Shown one piece after another: positions 12,126 to 26,700 of a stretch of DNA of 64,000 bases (position 1 is its first letter; each line of letters opens with the position of its first letter). The stretch spans positions 13,888,001 through 13,952,000 of the forward strand of contig CM060731.1 of the NCBI GenBank assembly GCA_030704615.1, given 5' to 3'. The position numbers and the translations under genes are program-made. The DNA is from Takakia lepidozioides (Eukaryota > Plantae > Bryophyta). The notes beneath the pieces were generated by a model, which was given only the letters and a program-made list of their open reading frames with translations, did not search any database and was not told the DNA's origin.

Positions 12126-15100
12126 CTGAAGGGATTTCATCAGGTTCAAAGCACATAGGGCAGCCCAACCTCTAAGTCTGGAATATCTGATGGTGTGTAA
12201 TAAAACGAAGTCTCTAGACTCCCTGTGCCAATTAAACCATTTGAACTCACAAAGTTTATAAATATACTGTGTAACTTGTTGGGAACTAGGATCCCGGAGC
12301 TCCTGGCACTCAGGCCACAGGCTTTGGCAAATATTACGTCTCAATTTTCTGAAATAGCACAAATTCTGCACAAATCTACAGGATCACAGTATCAGGTACT
12401 CACAAGTCAAGAGTTTCCAAAAACGTGGACTTTTGGGCCTCCTCGGCCTCTGAGTCAGTAGCTAAATCTGACCACTTATGAGAATTGTCCTCTCCTTCCA
12501 TCAACATTTTTCCTGGAGACATCCAAGGAAGGCGAAATCTCAAAACATAGACTGCATAATGCAAGTATGTCAAATCATGTGTACATCCATTATGAGAAAC
12601 CTCCTTAATCTATCATCGAACTATGACCCCAACACATCTGGTGCTGAGCTCGTGAGTAGAAAAGTATACTAGTTTTTGCAGGCTTGTATCGAACTAAGAT
12701 GTCTTCTGAACGTCTGGCATTGCTGGGCCAGTCATCATCCTGAGGTGAGGATTCCTTGGACGTGTATACTCCAAATTTATACGCGTGTCGATCTTGGCCC
12801 CTGCAGCTCCCAATGTGCACTGCCCTCATTAATTCACCATCTCAGACAGCTTTACATTAAAGAACTGATCGAAGAATCTCCACATGAATGTGGGGTAGGG
12901 ACCCCTCCCTTCTGGTTCTTTTCTATGACAGCCATTCCTTGACAGGTTTCCATTATGAGGATCAGAGACACACGCTCTCCACATTAGGGAATCAATTTGA
13001 ACTTCCCATGGACATTATAAAGTTCCATCTATCTTTATTCTGTATCTTTCTTGCCCGCTTTGACCTCCATAGGACAACCCACAGTGCAACCACAACGACA
13101 TGGCTAGCATCTGCAATAACGAAGACGGCAAGGTCGTGGTGCTGATATCAAATAAACTTTTGTGTGGAAATTTTGGGGTTAAATCTTGTCCCCTGGTGAA
13201 GTTAACCGCCACCAGTTGGTGAAATATCTTATATCTCCTTTCATGTACAGCTTGCAAAGATATTGCAGAGCATCTGCAAAAAATGGAGGTCAACCAGAAA
13301 TATATACAGCAAGTATAGCCATGAATCATAAACATCTGAGGGTGCTACTTGATTTGTGAGATATGAGCTCCAGGTACAGCATTAGATCCAATACCTGTGT
13401 GATTGCCTTTTCTTGAGTTTTGGTGTTCCTGAGGGCTCTGGAGATTGCAGTCTGTTAGCTCGTCTGTTAGGAGATCCAGTAGGACTGACAAGCTGCATTA
13501 CAATGGACATGCCAATCACCAACTATGGACATTTGCAACCAATCAAACTACGGCCTTTGTGGAACATTCTATTTCAACCTTCCTTCACAAGTGACTGTAA
13601 GAAGTGAAGTGTAGAACGAAAGTTAAGATGGATCAATTGTGTTCGATGTGGAGAAAATTACTGCAGGTATGCCATAAGAACGAACCCCTCGTAAGTTACT
13701 GTAAGCAAATGCACCATCAGTACTGGTGAGATGGAAGATCTCTGTCTGCAGTTTTGGCCATCTAGAACCCTTGCGGAAAGGTGTGGCATCCAATCCACAG
13801 TTAGTCTTAACTGCTACTAGTCCTAATTCAGAACAACACATGGGGTAACCATCCAGATGGCTCCCCTTTTAGCCTGTCAAGCTTCTGCGAGCTTCACAGG
13901 CTCAGTGATTAGAAATGGGCCAGCAAACCCTACAGATGATGGCAACTGCAATCGTCCAAGAATAAAAGGAAGTAGATCAATGCATTATGCTTTCCCCCAG
14001 CTCTGGCCAGTCAGGTACTTTACCTCAGACACATTTGTATTCCTCTCTCATCACCCTAGTCATATGTACTCCTCAGGCCACTGGATCGTGTCATCATTAC
14101 GACTGCACTCATCAGCTTTGCATGCTAATAACATTGTATATTTCAATCCAAGGAACGAGTGGTCTCACTCCACCTGCTGCTGGAGAATTTTGGCCATAGT
14201 TAATTATGTAGTTGGTGGTGGATTTGCACGGAGACCTCCAGGTTGGCTCCAGAAAATGTCTATCTCCGGGATCGCGTTCTCCTTTCTCTTTAATCGTTCT
14301 AACTCGTTCAATCTGACCACATGTTTAATGGCAATCGGGCGAACACAATCAGATGCTGCAGGAATCTGCCATAGATTTTGTACGTATAGATTCGAATTGA
14401 CGGATGCCTTCAGAACACGCAGCTCTCAAATGCATGGCTTTTGTCCCTCTTCCCCTCAGATCTGTCGGCGAGATACATCGATAGTTCAGCCAGTAGATCA
14501 TCATCTTTTGAAGTCATCAATGATTTGACTGGTTCTCTCTCCCTACTTCCCTACACAAAGAGCTTTGTTCTGACCTCTGTAGATTGAAATGGAAAAGTCA
14601 GCGCTCTCTATCATTCCTGTCACCCGTAATTAAATATCGATTTTTGGTGAGAAAAGAGAGCTTAAAACTATCTTCGTATTGGTGCACAAATCTTCCCTTG
14701 TATGGACTGCAACGATCCCTCCAATAAATTGAAGCTCGGGAAAGATGAGAACTGTGAGTGCCGTTAATCTCTCCCTTCGCCCCAAAAGAAAAATGGAATC
14801 ACGTCACTTCCACGGACATCAAGTATGCAGCAATGCAATTCATGTTTCTTAATCTTCTTTCAACAACAGCCAAGAAATGCGAGACCAATCAAGAGGGACT
14901 CCGCAAAATGAACCACCTCATGAGGAGCCTGCAGCGAACAACTAGTTCATGCAAGGACCCAACTGTGCAGCAACTCAGTCGCCAGTCTCCGTAACATGAA
15001 ATAAGCCATGCGATCACAGTAAGACAAGAATAGTTATGGACCACCTACATAGAACAGAATCAGTTCATGCAGGTAACAGTCTCCTCGGCATGAAATTATG

Positions 15101-17718
15101 CCATCACAACAGAAGAAATGAAGTTAGAGCAATGCACCACCACCTCATGAAGCACCTACAGCGAAACAATTCATAGAAACCATCAGGAGTGTAGCCACTC
15201 TCAGTCTCCATTGCAAGTGGACTCGCGGGTTGCTCAAGTTCTTGACGATGAGCTCCCGCCAGAATCGTGTGGCATCGCGCCAAGATTCCGGCATTTCTTC
15301 TGGGGTCGCGATCATTCGCTCCGACCATTGGCATCTCACTCGAACGCCCAAACGAGGACACAGTTGGGTTCTCCATTTTTCCTCGCGCGTACAAAACCCC
15401 ATGATGATAAGTAGCTCTCGGCAGAGCACAGAAGGTTTGCTTACAGCTTTGTGGCAGCCACAGTGATTCCACAGTGCAGGTTAGTTGGGTTTACGCAAAA
15501 TATGGATATCGTTTGACCACATCCCTGTCCCAGTCCTCTGAGCAAACGCTGATGATTCGACCCTGACAACATCAACCTGCTTGTTCCGAACAACACTATT
15601 GCAACAACTAAGAAGCTACAGGGAGGGGACAGAAGTTGTGGTCAAACGATATTCCATAAGAAAGTAGTGTAGTGGGTATTCGTGTATGGAGGAAGAAAAA
15701 GCTTGAACAGTGACGATTATGGAGGGTGTTCGATATTGAGCGCTCGCAGTCTGTACCACAAGCAGATTCTGCGCCCATATTCTCTCAGTTCCAATCAAAC
15801 TGGCGGCGCTGGGTGTGACGCTTCGCAAGGCTAGATCCCAGACGAGGACGTGGCTTATAAGAGCTCAAACCGAAAAGACTCTGCTTTAGGGTCAGTGGGG
15901 TAGCTAAGTGGGTTGCAAAATCCATGGACAGACGAAGCGGGCCCTTTTTTCAACCTCCACATCTCTTTCGCTAACTCCTGCACTTGTCAAGATCAGTGGC
16001 GAATTGTGAGGTGGTGGGAGAATGTCAGAATGCAGGAACAGGCGGCGCAGTTGCTTGGTTTATCATTTTCCCGGTAGATCAGGAGGTGGCCCCCACTTGG
16101 CAGAGTGGAACCTTGCATTCATGAGAACGTGATACATGACTGGACTGTCAGAAGAGAAGCTTAAAGGCTGTGGACCTTTGCATTGAAAGCCAGCTACAGT
16201 AAATAGACACTCATACAGTATATAACCCTGCATAGCTTTATAAAAAGACTGAAGTGGGGTGACTGTACAAATGGGTGTAACTATCCCCAAGAGGAAACAA
16301 CCAAAGCTCGAAGAGCTAGATATATTAACACAAAGAAAGAAATCAAACTATTCTAGTATCACCTACAGCCTGAAGAAGGTCAGACAACAACAGGAAAGCA
16401 GAGAGTGCGGGGGAAGCCAGATGAAGCCGCCCAGCAACCTCTGCCCGGCGTAAAATAGATTGAGGTTGAGCCTTTTGCAAAGCAACATAAACTCGGTGTC
16501 TAAAGAAAGCTACAAGAACATAGGTGTATGGGCTTCCAAGGCTTTTGTTTTCTGCTGCACGAACTCATGATGCAAAACAACCAAAGATCTCGACTGCCAA
16601 AGGAAGGAATGTGTTTGTGGAATGACATTGCGTGATAGTCATGCTCCTTTCCATGTGCAGCTGAAGCGGCAACTCCATGTGATGAGGCTGGTCGGTCTCT
16701 CTGACATCAACTATCAACATCAGGTTTCTCTACTTTTAGCTAACCGCTTTGGAGTGCACGACACCGATGGATGATTATCCTGACAAACGATTTGTCGTCG
16801 CAAATAAATTTCTGTAGTTCATTACATTTGATTCGCATAGTGCAGTTTTGTACCGGGTGAAAGTGATCACATACATAGTCCGTCCGGGTCTGTGCTCTCC
16901 AGGGCCGCCACTTCGTCTTCGTCGTTACGAGGTAAATTCTAAGTATACGATGTCTTCCATGAATTAGTTGTTCATGAACCACCACTACAACTACAACTGA
17001 AGCGAATATCGCAGAGAGTGATAGTGTCAGGTGGGCCATGGTCTGACGCACATGCTTCGCACGTGTCTATTTAAATCGTTGGTGAAGTTTAGTTTTTGGT
17101 GGTCCGAAGGGGAGGGAGAGTGCAGAGAGCCTGAAGTTCAGCTCCGTCTCGTTAGTTTGCAGCTGGATTGGGTTCTGAGCTGCGATTAGATTACTTGAGC
17201 AAGTGTGTCCTGGAGTTACTGAAGACTAGACCTGGAGTGTGCGATTTTTCTTTGGGTTAGATGGAAAGGTCGTAGTTTGCCAGGGAGCGCTGTGTTTCCG
17301 GGCCTCCCACAGGTATTAAATTTCCTGCTCTGTTGCTGCTTTATCCCGTGGGCGCTTGGGCCTCGTGGATCTATAGTTTCCCTTCTCTGTGTATGCAACA
17401 AAGGAGGTGGTTTGATTTCTTGGTTGGTTTCTGCCCGTTCTGCTGTGTTGTCCCTTGGGCCCTTTGGGCTTCCCTGGACATTCAAGTTGGTTCGTAATCT
17501 CTTTTTGCATTGACCAGTCGACGCACATTGTATTGAAACGGAAACTCGGAGCTTGACTGATGTTGGATTGACACAGGAAGTCCGTAATCGTTGTTGGTCG
17601 TTGTTGCGCTGGTAGCAGTTACGTATTCAAACCCACAGAAGCTCTCACATCGAGGATGCTTGTAGGGTGATCCCTCTTCAAGCTTAATGATTGCATTACT
17701 CACTGTCAAGCTGGAGAA

Positions 17719-20700
17719 ATGGAGCTGGAACAAAAAATCGCGCGAGGACCCTCCATGTGCATTCAAGTGGTTGCGACCCTTTTGCTGGTTATAGTCTCAT
17801 GCTGCGGTGCAGCACAGGGCACCAATGTACCGCCAGCACTTTCACCATTGCTAGGAATAGCAGTACCACCTGGACTTGATGCAATTCCGCCAACACTCGA
17901 GAATTCTCTGCCCGATGATGCCTACAACCATCTCAACATTCTGACAAATAATATCACCAATGTTCTGAAGAGACAACTCAGCTTTTGCATCACTAATGGG
18001 TATAACTTATGCTCTGTCCTTCTTCTTAATCCTGATGCTAGGCTTGCAACCAGGATGGGTCAATATCTTACCAGTATCGTTCAGTTTATTTTCTCTCTGG
18101 CATGCCAGGGAGTGTCTCCCTGCATGTCTGAGTTATATTTTGCATGATTTGATAAGAGAGGCATTCCGCAGAAAATTGAGTGTAAATGTGGTGATTTCAT
18201 GGTTGAGCATTATGACACTACAACCATTCAATCCTAGAGTTCCAGCATCTTGGAGTCCTACAGTACTTCCCAATGGGTGGGTGTCTTCAAGCGTTACTTT
18301 CTATTGAAAGTGGTTTCACCTTTTGACAGTTTAATTCCACACTGACCATATCTCGTGTGTTTGAGGCCCTTCAAGACTTACATTTTCAGGACCTCAGACA
18401 ATGGAAACTCACCCTGATAAATCCATGTGTCTCCAGAGGGTACTTGACCAATGTCTGTTCTTAACCGCTGTAAACTTACTATTGCAGACAACTGCTGAAC
18501 GCCGAACCCGTTTGACCTCATAGAAGGCTGGGTTCTTGGCTTTCGGAGGGAGATGAAGTGCTTCCTTGATTTTTCTGTGTAGTAAATGATGAATGAGGCA
18601 GAGGACAGCCTACACCCTTCCCAGTGACAGCATAGTGTCCCTAGGATCATACAACCTGGCGTTCACAAGGACATGAATTGATGCCTAAATTCTCACATAC
18701 AGATGAGAATAATCCTGTATTGGGGTTGGGTTGGGGTGAGGGTTGGAGTACTGGGGGAGTGGATGGTGGTTGGGAGGCTGGATTTGCGGCTTTCCATCCT
18801 CACACGCAGAAGACACAGTCCTTAATCCATTGCCAGGTAGGTCGTATAGCCAGTAGCACATGTAGAGCCCTTCCTCTGGCTTCCATTGGTGACCTTGAAG
18901 GCATTTTCTATTGGCGGGTGCAGGGAAAGGGAGAGAGATGAAGTATTCGGCTTTCAGAAGAATTCAACTTTTTTATTAGATTGCCTCAATATCACTGGTA
19001 CAGCCTCTCCACCCCTTTGTCATCATTTATTCACGGCTACTTTACATGCTTTGAAAACCATGTTGTTTCCTGTAATGGTGAACCAGCAATATGCACTCTT
19101 CTAAAACCTGTTGCGTGAGACATTCAGGTGGGACTCTTTCAGATCGCATTTGTGGACCTGGTGAGGCTAGACTCTACTTCAAAAATCTTGCAACTGTTGA
19201 CACCCCTCCCCCCAACATGAACTGTAACTCAAGTGTTTGGCCACAAGCATGCGAGGCAGGCTGGGCTGCAAGCACAACGGATTCCTTGGATTTTCACAGT
19301 AATCTGGTCCCCAACAGAATCAAGGACCCGCAACCATGTTGTGCAGGGTTTTTTTGCCCACGGGGTCTCTCCTGCATGATTCGTAAGTTCACCTTCAAGG
19401 GTCCAAAGATGTCTTCAAGGAGTGATGATTGTACTCTTGAACCTCTCACATCAGTTTTACCTGTTGCTAAAACGTATACGATGATAAAGCTCTTAAGGAA
19501 GATCCATAGATGTTTTCCGTACAAGTGATGGTCATACTCTATATCATCGCACAATTTTTTCGTTTTGCTAGAAAGTAAACTGACAAAAACGCAGTGTTGT
19601 GTCCTGTTTTGCAAAAGCTTGTCCACTTGGCTCCTACTGCCCTGTTGCTGCATTGAACCACACTACTGGTCTCTGTGATCCGTAAGTCTTCACCCACAGC
19701 TGAAATTACTGTTAAGGGCTGCAAGGTCTTTCTGCTCTGTCATGGTCTCCTTTGGACAGAGTTTTCTTTCTTTTTCTTCTTCTGTCCATGTCCCTGCCGC
19801 TGGTTTCAATACGGTGTAGAATAAGCATACCAAATTCTGTCAGTGAGTAGGCAGTAGGCAATAGCAATAGCAATAGTGTGCAATAGCAAATGGCGTAATG
19901 GCTTGGATTGATCATGTGTGTGCATGCATTGCGAGGTTCCTGAATTTTGAAATCAGACTGTGTTCAAGCACGCCTGGTGGGTGCTGCAGATATGGCTACC
20001 AAGTGACACAGGGGGAGACTAACTTCTCATGTGGGGGAGCCGATAGGTGGTCTGATGTCAACTCCGCATTTTCCATCTTCTGCCCAGCAGGCCAATACTG
20101 CCCTACAACTGTAGTCGCAAATAATTGTGGTAGCAGGTATAGCCCTCCATACAATGCTTTCTGTGAGACCTAATCTGCCCTCTTAGTACACAATGCAGCT
20201 GTTAGTATCCTTGATTCTCACCCACAAAAGCAACTGTTGGAGTTTACTGTGTTCCCCAGGTAAACCCCCAACCTACCATGTTTGGTAGCAGGATGCCTGA
20301 ATAATTGAGAGTGCAACACCAGTGAAAATCTAGGAACATCAGGCTTCCAAAAGTGGATGGTAAAGCAGCCCCAGAGGTAAGCAACTCAATATTAGGCAGG
20401 GTGTTCCAAGTAAGCAGCCGAAAAGTCATGGCTTCAACAGATTGTTGTTATAAAGTGTATCGTGATTTTTGTGACCTGAAGGCATGGCTTACAAACATCT
20501 AGAAAATGCTTTTTGTCTAAAGTCTTGTGACTCACATGTCTGCATGTTCTGGAGTAGCCTGTTCCTTTTGTTGTAGCCACAAGTCTATGGCAAGCACTAT
20601 GCACAGGGTACACCTGTTCTCTACACCTGTTTTCCCTTTTGTCCCATAAGCTTGGAGCTTTCCTCGGACATAATAAAGTACCATTGCATTTCATTTCATT

Positions 20701-23700
20701 TCTACTAAGTTTTGATTGTGGGTGTTTTGCAGACACTTCTGCCGACTAGGCTCTACTGCTCCAGAGAGTGAGTCCTCCCAGGCCTCAATTGCAATGGTTG
20801 TTCATAGGTTAGCAACAGTCATCTGAGACAGTGCAGTATGTGATACATAAATGGTGAAGGATAAGAATGAAATGTGATGAAAGAAACACATGTGGGAGTG
20901 GGTGCAGAATGTTCACACCTTACATCTTGTCGAGGAGAAAACCTACAAAGTCAAAACCTTCAAGGTGTTGGGGCACTGAGCCTAGTACGTGTTAAGCCCC
21001 TATCCCTCCCATTTCTCTTTGTTCCCCTTACCCCTCTCTCCACTCCGTATTCTAGGTGTAGATAGTCTTTTCCCTCTTTCCCACTGACATTATAAGGTTT
21101 TCTTGTTTTTTCCTTCCTCCTATCCCATAAGATCTTTGATCTTCCCACTGGAGTACCATTTCTTTTCATTTCCCGTAAGCTCTTTGAGCTTTCCGTGGAC
21201 ATTATAAAAGTATCATTTCATTTCATTTCACTTCTTTGGACTGGGCCCTGAATATCCTGCTTTTTTTTGGAAGCCGGCCACTCTAACAACAAAACTCCAT
21301 TTCTACAGATAGACATTCTTAGTTCTCCGTGATGACAGAATTGTGCGGCCTAATTACTTGTCTGCACCTTTATCTCCCTCTCTTCGAGGGCATTGGGGCG
21401 ATTCAGGGTGGGCTCCCACAATTTACAGATAGATTGTACTCATAAGACGTTGTTTGCCGTAGCCTTGTGGCAATTTACAGATAGAGACTGTGTAGGTGGG
21501 AAAGCCCAACATGCACCGGGCGCAACCAGGAAATCGAAACTGAAGAAAACTTCTTTTATTGCCCTCTCTACTATGAGATCGGTGGGAAATTCAACTGTCT
21601 ATTCCGTGGAACCCAATCTTTCACAGAAGTCTTCCAGAACACTTCTTTTATTGCCCTCTACCATGAGATCGGTGGGAAATTCAACTGTCTATTCCATGGA
21701 ACCCAATCTCTCACAGAAGTCTTCCATTATGAGGATCAGAAATGCTTGGCAGCATATCTGCATGAGGCCTTGACCCTTAGGCACTCCCTGGAACAGTAGT
21801 TACTTTTGGGCTGCTTTTGGCTCTCTCTTTAGGTGGTTGTCTTACTCATTCTTGTTTTTCCTTTTGTCCCATAAGCTCTTTGAGCTTTCTGCGGTCGTTA
21901 TAAAGTACCATTTCATTTCTTCTCCCATAAGATTGTTAAGCCCTCCTATGGCCTCAGGATGCCACTATCTCTGAAGTCAAGGACATTAAGGCGAAATGGA
22001 CAGGACAGACACATTGGGCTCCCTTTGCTATCACATTGATCTTCCGAAGGTCCTCGTTGATCAGCCTGTTGTAGACCTGCTTTGTGAGATGGAACCTGGC
22101 GCTAGATCAAACGAGGGAAATTCTTCCCTGCAGAGTTTGTCTCTAGAGAACATGGCTAACTCTGAAGCACAAACTTGTTTGTGAGGCAGTGTTGGCTAAT
22201 TTCCGGGATGCCTCAATTGCTCTCACCCGGCAGCAGTTTGAGCCTTCCAAGGAGATGATCATCCATCGTAAGGCGTAACCAATCACTGCCAGGAGGCTGA
22301 TGATCCTGAACACTCTTGCGGGGCTCTCTGAAGCCGTGCCAGAAAAGAGGTCTACAAGCGCTTGTTATTCTTCCTTGATGGACTCTCCGACCCTTGCCCT
22401 TGATCACACCCATATGTTGCTCTCGGACCGACAATTGATTGAGAAAACCAAAAAAAGAGAAATATTTCCATTTCGTTACGAGGGTCAGAAATGCTTGCAG
22501 CATTCTACACAACGTCGAGAAGAAAGCCCATTTTGATGCTTGCCTTCCTATGGACATGGCTTCAGAAATCCTAATGCCTGTGGATAATGTAAAGTTGCTT
22601 TCTTTTTGCTGGTAGCTGAGGGTCCAGTTGCTTTTGGGCTGCATTTTGGCTTTGGTTTTGTCTCCTCTCTCTTTTTTTTCCCATTTTGTCCCATAACCTC
22701 TTTGAGCAACATGATCAGCATAGAGAAGTGTTGGTGCGTTGGTCCACCATCCAAAGGCACCCCTACTCTGTGATTCTTTGAGATGTATCCCTCTGAAGAA
22801 GCGTCTACGCAGATCCCAAAAAGGGTAGGTGAGAGAGGCAGCCCTGTTTTACGCCATTGTTGCTATGAACTTCTGCCGAGAATTGGTCTGCAACCTTGAC
22901 CATGCAAATGACAGTCTCATGCATGGTTATATTATGACATATATTATGTCTGATGGCATATATTATGTCTGAGGGGACTTCCATCCTGTGGAGCCTTTGA
23001 AGAAGAGGGGCTTGGGGAACTGAATCACAAGCCTTTCGAAAGTCCACAAAGTAAACATGAACCATATTTTTATCATAGCTTGCTCGTTCCACCATAGTCT
23101 GAAGAGTGAAATGTGGTCAAGAGTGGACCGGTTGTGACGGAAGCCCGCTTGCCCAATCGTGCCGGTGGAAGGATTCAGCCCAATCATCTAGTTCCATGGC
23201 TACTACTGCCCCAAACAGTTTAGCCAGTAATGAAGAAACCATGATCATGCAGTAGTTGGTTGGTGCAAGCCTGTCACCACTCTTGAGCTGCAGGTCAATT
23301 TCAGCAAAACTAAGATCATGGTTTTCAATGGCCATGCGGATCGCAGATTCCACTACAATCAGCAGGACATTGAGGTTGTCAAATCCTACACGTACCTGGG
23401 TCTGGAAATCCACTCACCCAAATTCCAGATTGCATCAACTGGTATGGACAGATTGACGAAGGGTAGGGCTGCCTCCATTCGCCTCCAGGCCAAATGTAAA
23501 CAGATACGCCTGCGCCATCCGCCAACCAAAAAGTGGCTCTTTGATACCGTTGTCACCCCAGCTGCCACTTATGGCTGTGAGTTCTGGGCACCTGGTGTCC
23601 CAGTTTCCTGGTGGGAGAAAAATTTGGAACCACCGCAGTCATCTTTCCTCCAAACAATGCTTGGTGCTCGAGGCACAACTCCATCACACATTCTATGTGC

Positions 23701-26700
23701 GGAGTTTGCATGCGTGCCACTTTAAACTGAAGCTAGCTTTGGGCTTACAATCTTTCTTAAGAGGTTGCAAGCCCTGACCCCAACAGGGCTCACTGCAAGG
23801 GCCCTCAGAACATCTATCAGGCTCCATACTGCAGGCTTCAAGCCCTCCTGGTATGCTAGGGTGTGCAGTTTTTTTGAGCGCAATGGCTTTCTGTTACTTC
23901 CCTATTGCCATAAAATGCAGAAGGGGTGGAAATCATGTCCTCATCAGAAGAGAACTTATCGAACTTCATGTCAGGCGAACATGGAAGCCGGCCACTCTAA
24001 CAACGAAACTCCATTTCCACCAAGAGACATTCTTAGTTCTCCGTGATTATAGAATCTTCGGCCTATTTACTTATCTGCCCCTTTATCTCCCTCTTTTCTG
24101 AGGGCATTGGGGCAAGCCAGGTGGGCTCCCAAAAATTGCGGATAGAGACTGGTAGATGGGAAACCTTGCAGCGTGAAGACCGCCTATGCCCAGCATGCAC
24201 TGGGTTGTATCGAAACTGAAGAACACTTCTTCTACTGCCCTTTTACTATGAGATCCGCGGGAGATTTCACTGTCTGTTCCGGGACACCCAATCTCTCACT
24301 GAAGTCTTCCATTATGAGGATCAGAAATGCTTGGCAGCTTTTCTGCACAAGGCTTTGACCCTTAGGCAATCCCTTGAGCAGTAGTTGCTTTTGGGCTGCT
24401 TCTGCCTCCACTCCACTCTTTAACTTCTATTCTTTCTTGTTTCTTGCTTCCTTTTGTCCCATAAGCTCTTTGAGCTTTCTGCGGACATTATGAAGTTCCA
24501 TTCCATTTTATTTCATTTCCTATTTTGCTTTTTCAGAAAAATCCTCCTCCCTTCTCTCCATAAGCATGTAATTCATGGGTAATGAGCTTTTCAGGCATTC
24601 TCCAAGGCTAGAAGTAACTTTGCTTACAAAAGCATGTGACAGTAAGCCTCCTGCTGTGGTGTTGGATCATATTCATGCACCTCTCATGCCCCCTCCTCTC
24701 CCCTCCTCCCCTTTTTCACTCTGCTTGGGTGCCTTAACCATGGCAAACTCCAAGAAATATATCTCAATCATCTCACACAATGGCTTGGGGTTCATCATAA
24801 CCCAGGTGCGCAACATGGTGGATGCAGGCAACTCTCACAATTCTACTTCTAGTCATATACACGTGCTCGGATTGGTTGATGGATATAAAGAAACGGCGCA
24901 GATCAACTGCGCGAGAATTGGCGGCAAGACAAGCCCATGAGCAGGTTTCTGGTCTTCAGCGCTGGCGTGCAGCCAAACGGCAAGCAACAATGATAACCCG
25001 AAAACTTGGTCGCAGCCTGTCCCGCAGGAGGAGCCGGCCACGCAGCCAGGAGTTGCAGGTCAGACTTAGTTGTTTTGCAGAAACTAGACAGAGGGAAAAT
25101 GGACATATGTTATGTCAAAGTAGTATGCGTTGTGCTCAAACGACCTCTCGCAACTTGAACGAGTAAATGACTGCTTTTCTCTTGGAATTTTGGGGAATCA
25201 TGCTAAGGGAGACACCTGAACTGTGGGCATCTTCAAGTTCAGGATTTCTAGGAATTTTCACGAAGGTTCTGTGTGCTTGGAGCAGTCTGAGTATTACTTA
25301 TGTCTAATGTGCTCCTAAGGTACCAGGGAAGATGAATTTCACACTAGCAAGTCATTGCTGGATGTGTCAATCTTTCATTTGGAAAGCACGAGGGCAGATA
25401 GACATTAAAATCTCTATGGATTTTTGCAGAATCACTCTCCTAGTATCACTCCTCGAGCCAACCCTGGCTCTTCACGATTCAATGACACAGGGGTGACACC
25501 TTCTAGTACAACAACACGCTCTGGACTAATTACCGAGACTATTGATGAGCATGCTCCTGCCAATCCGCCTCACCTCGCCCCCGTCCCACTAGTTCCTTGG
25601 TCAGGAGAGCTACATTCGGCACTGAACCCAGATGCTTCAGATCTCTATCAACCAATGCCAGTCCCTCCCGGAGTGAGCGTCACTTTGGATAGCCCTAAAG
25701 GCTATCAGCGCCCACCTCACATAGTAACCCCTCCTAGGGACTCTGATAGCCAGAATTTTGCTTATGCATATGGCCAAATCGAGAAGGAGAGGGTCTTTGG
25801 GCTGAACAGCCAGTCACCCACTTTGAAAGACTTGGAGTTCTTGGAGCCCTATGGGGGGATGGTGGTACGGAAGATGCGACCCCCCATTGAGTTAAGCTTT
25901 GTTGACCTCTCCCTCATCCTCAAGGGAAATGGGAAGAAAATTCTGTGCAATGTGACTGGAAAGTTAACACCAGGGCGCATCACTGCAGTAATGGGCCCTT
26001 CCGGAGCTGGAAAGACCACATTTTTGAATGCACTAGCAGGCAAGGCTACACACAGTTACACCACTGGGCAGGTGTTTATCAATGGGAAGCCTGGGTTGAT
26101 TCACTCGTACAAGCGCATCATTGGATTTGTGCCTCAAGATGATGTTGTCCATGGCAGTTTGACCGTAGAGGAAAACCTTTGGTTCAGCGCCAGTTACAGG
26201 TTACCTGCTCTCTCACACCCATAAGCTCTTTGGGCTTTTCATGGACATCATGAAGTTCCTTTCCTGCTTTGTCTCTCATACATGTAAGCAAGTAGGTTGT
26301 TGGACTCCAAGTGTCATCTCTTCAGTAATTAGTCAATTGTGCTGGATAGTGGTGGTAGAATATCCACCATGGGCTAGAGTGTGCCCATAGCTCCTCTCCG
26401 TGTACAACAGAGATTGCATTTAATAATTTGCATGCAGGTATGCCCAGCTTGCGCATTACTGCTGGGTGGTGGGGGCCTGCCTTTCATGTGCCAATGACAC
26501 ATCTGCCAACAGCTGAACCCCAGTATCAAAATTACTTCACAACCATCCAAATAACTAAGATAATTTGTGAACTACTATTGCAAGATGTAAACAGTCTGAA
26601 GTATACTCAAGTTTGCAACACACTTTTAAGAAGCTTCACTGATGCAAGTTTTGATCCCAAATAGGGTTGTTTAGGTCAGCTCCCTGAAAAGTCCACCTAT

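Noticed and set aside
13857-14528. 223-aa plus-strand ORF
   Set aside because: No recognisable motif or coding-like composition; the minus strand reads like a stop-riddled relic I cannot assign.
14850-15190. Degenerate repeats (accacctcatga...gttcatgca) considered as a CRISPR-like or structured array
   Set aside because: Only 2-3 poorly conserved, irregularly spaced units in eukaryotic DNA.
16676-16705. C/D-box snoRNA-like motifs (gtgatga...ctga)
   Set aside because: Boxes are too close together for a snoRNA and there is no terminal stem.
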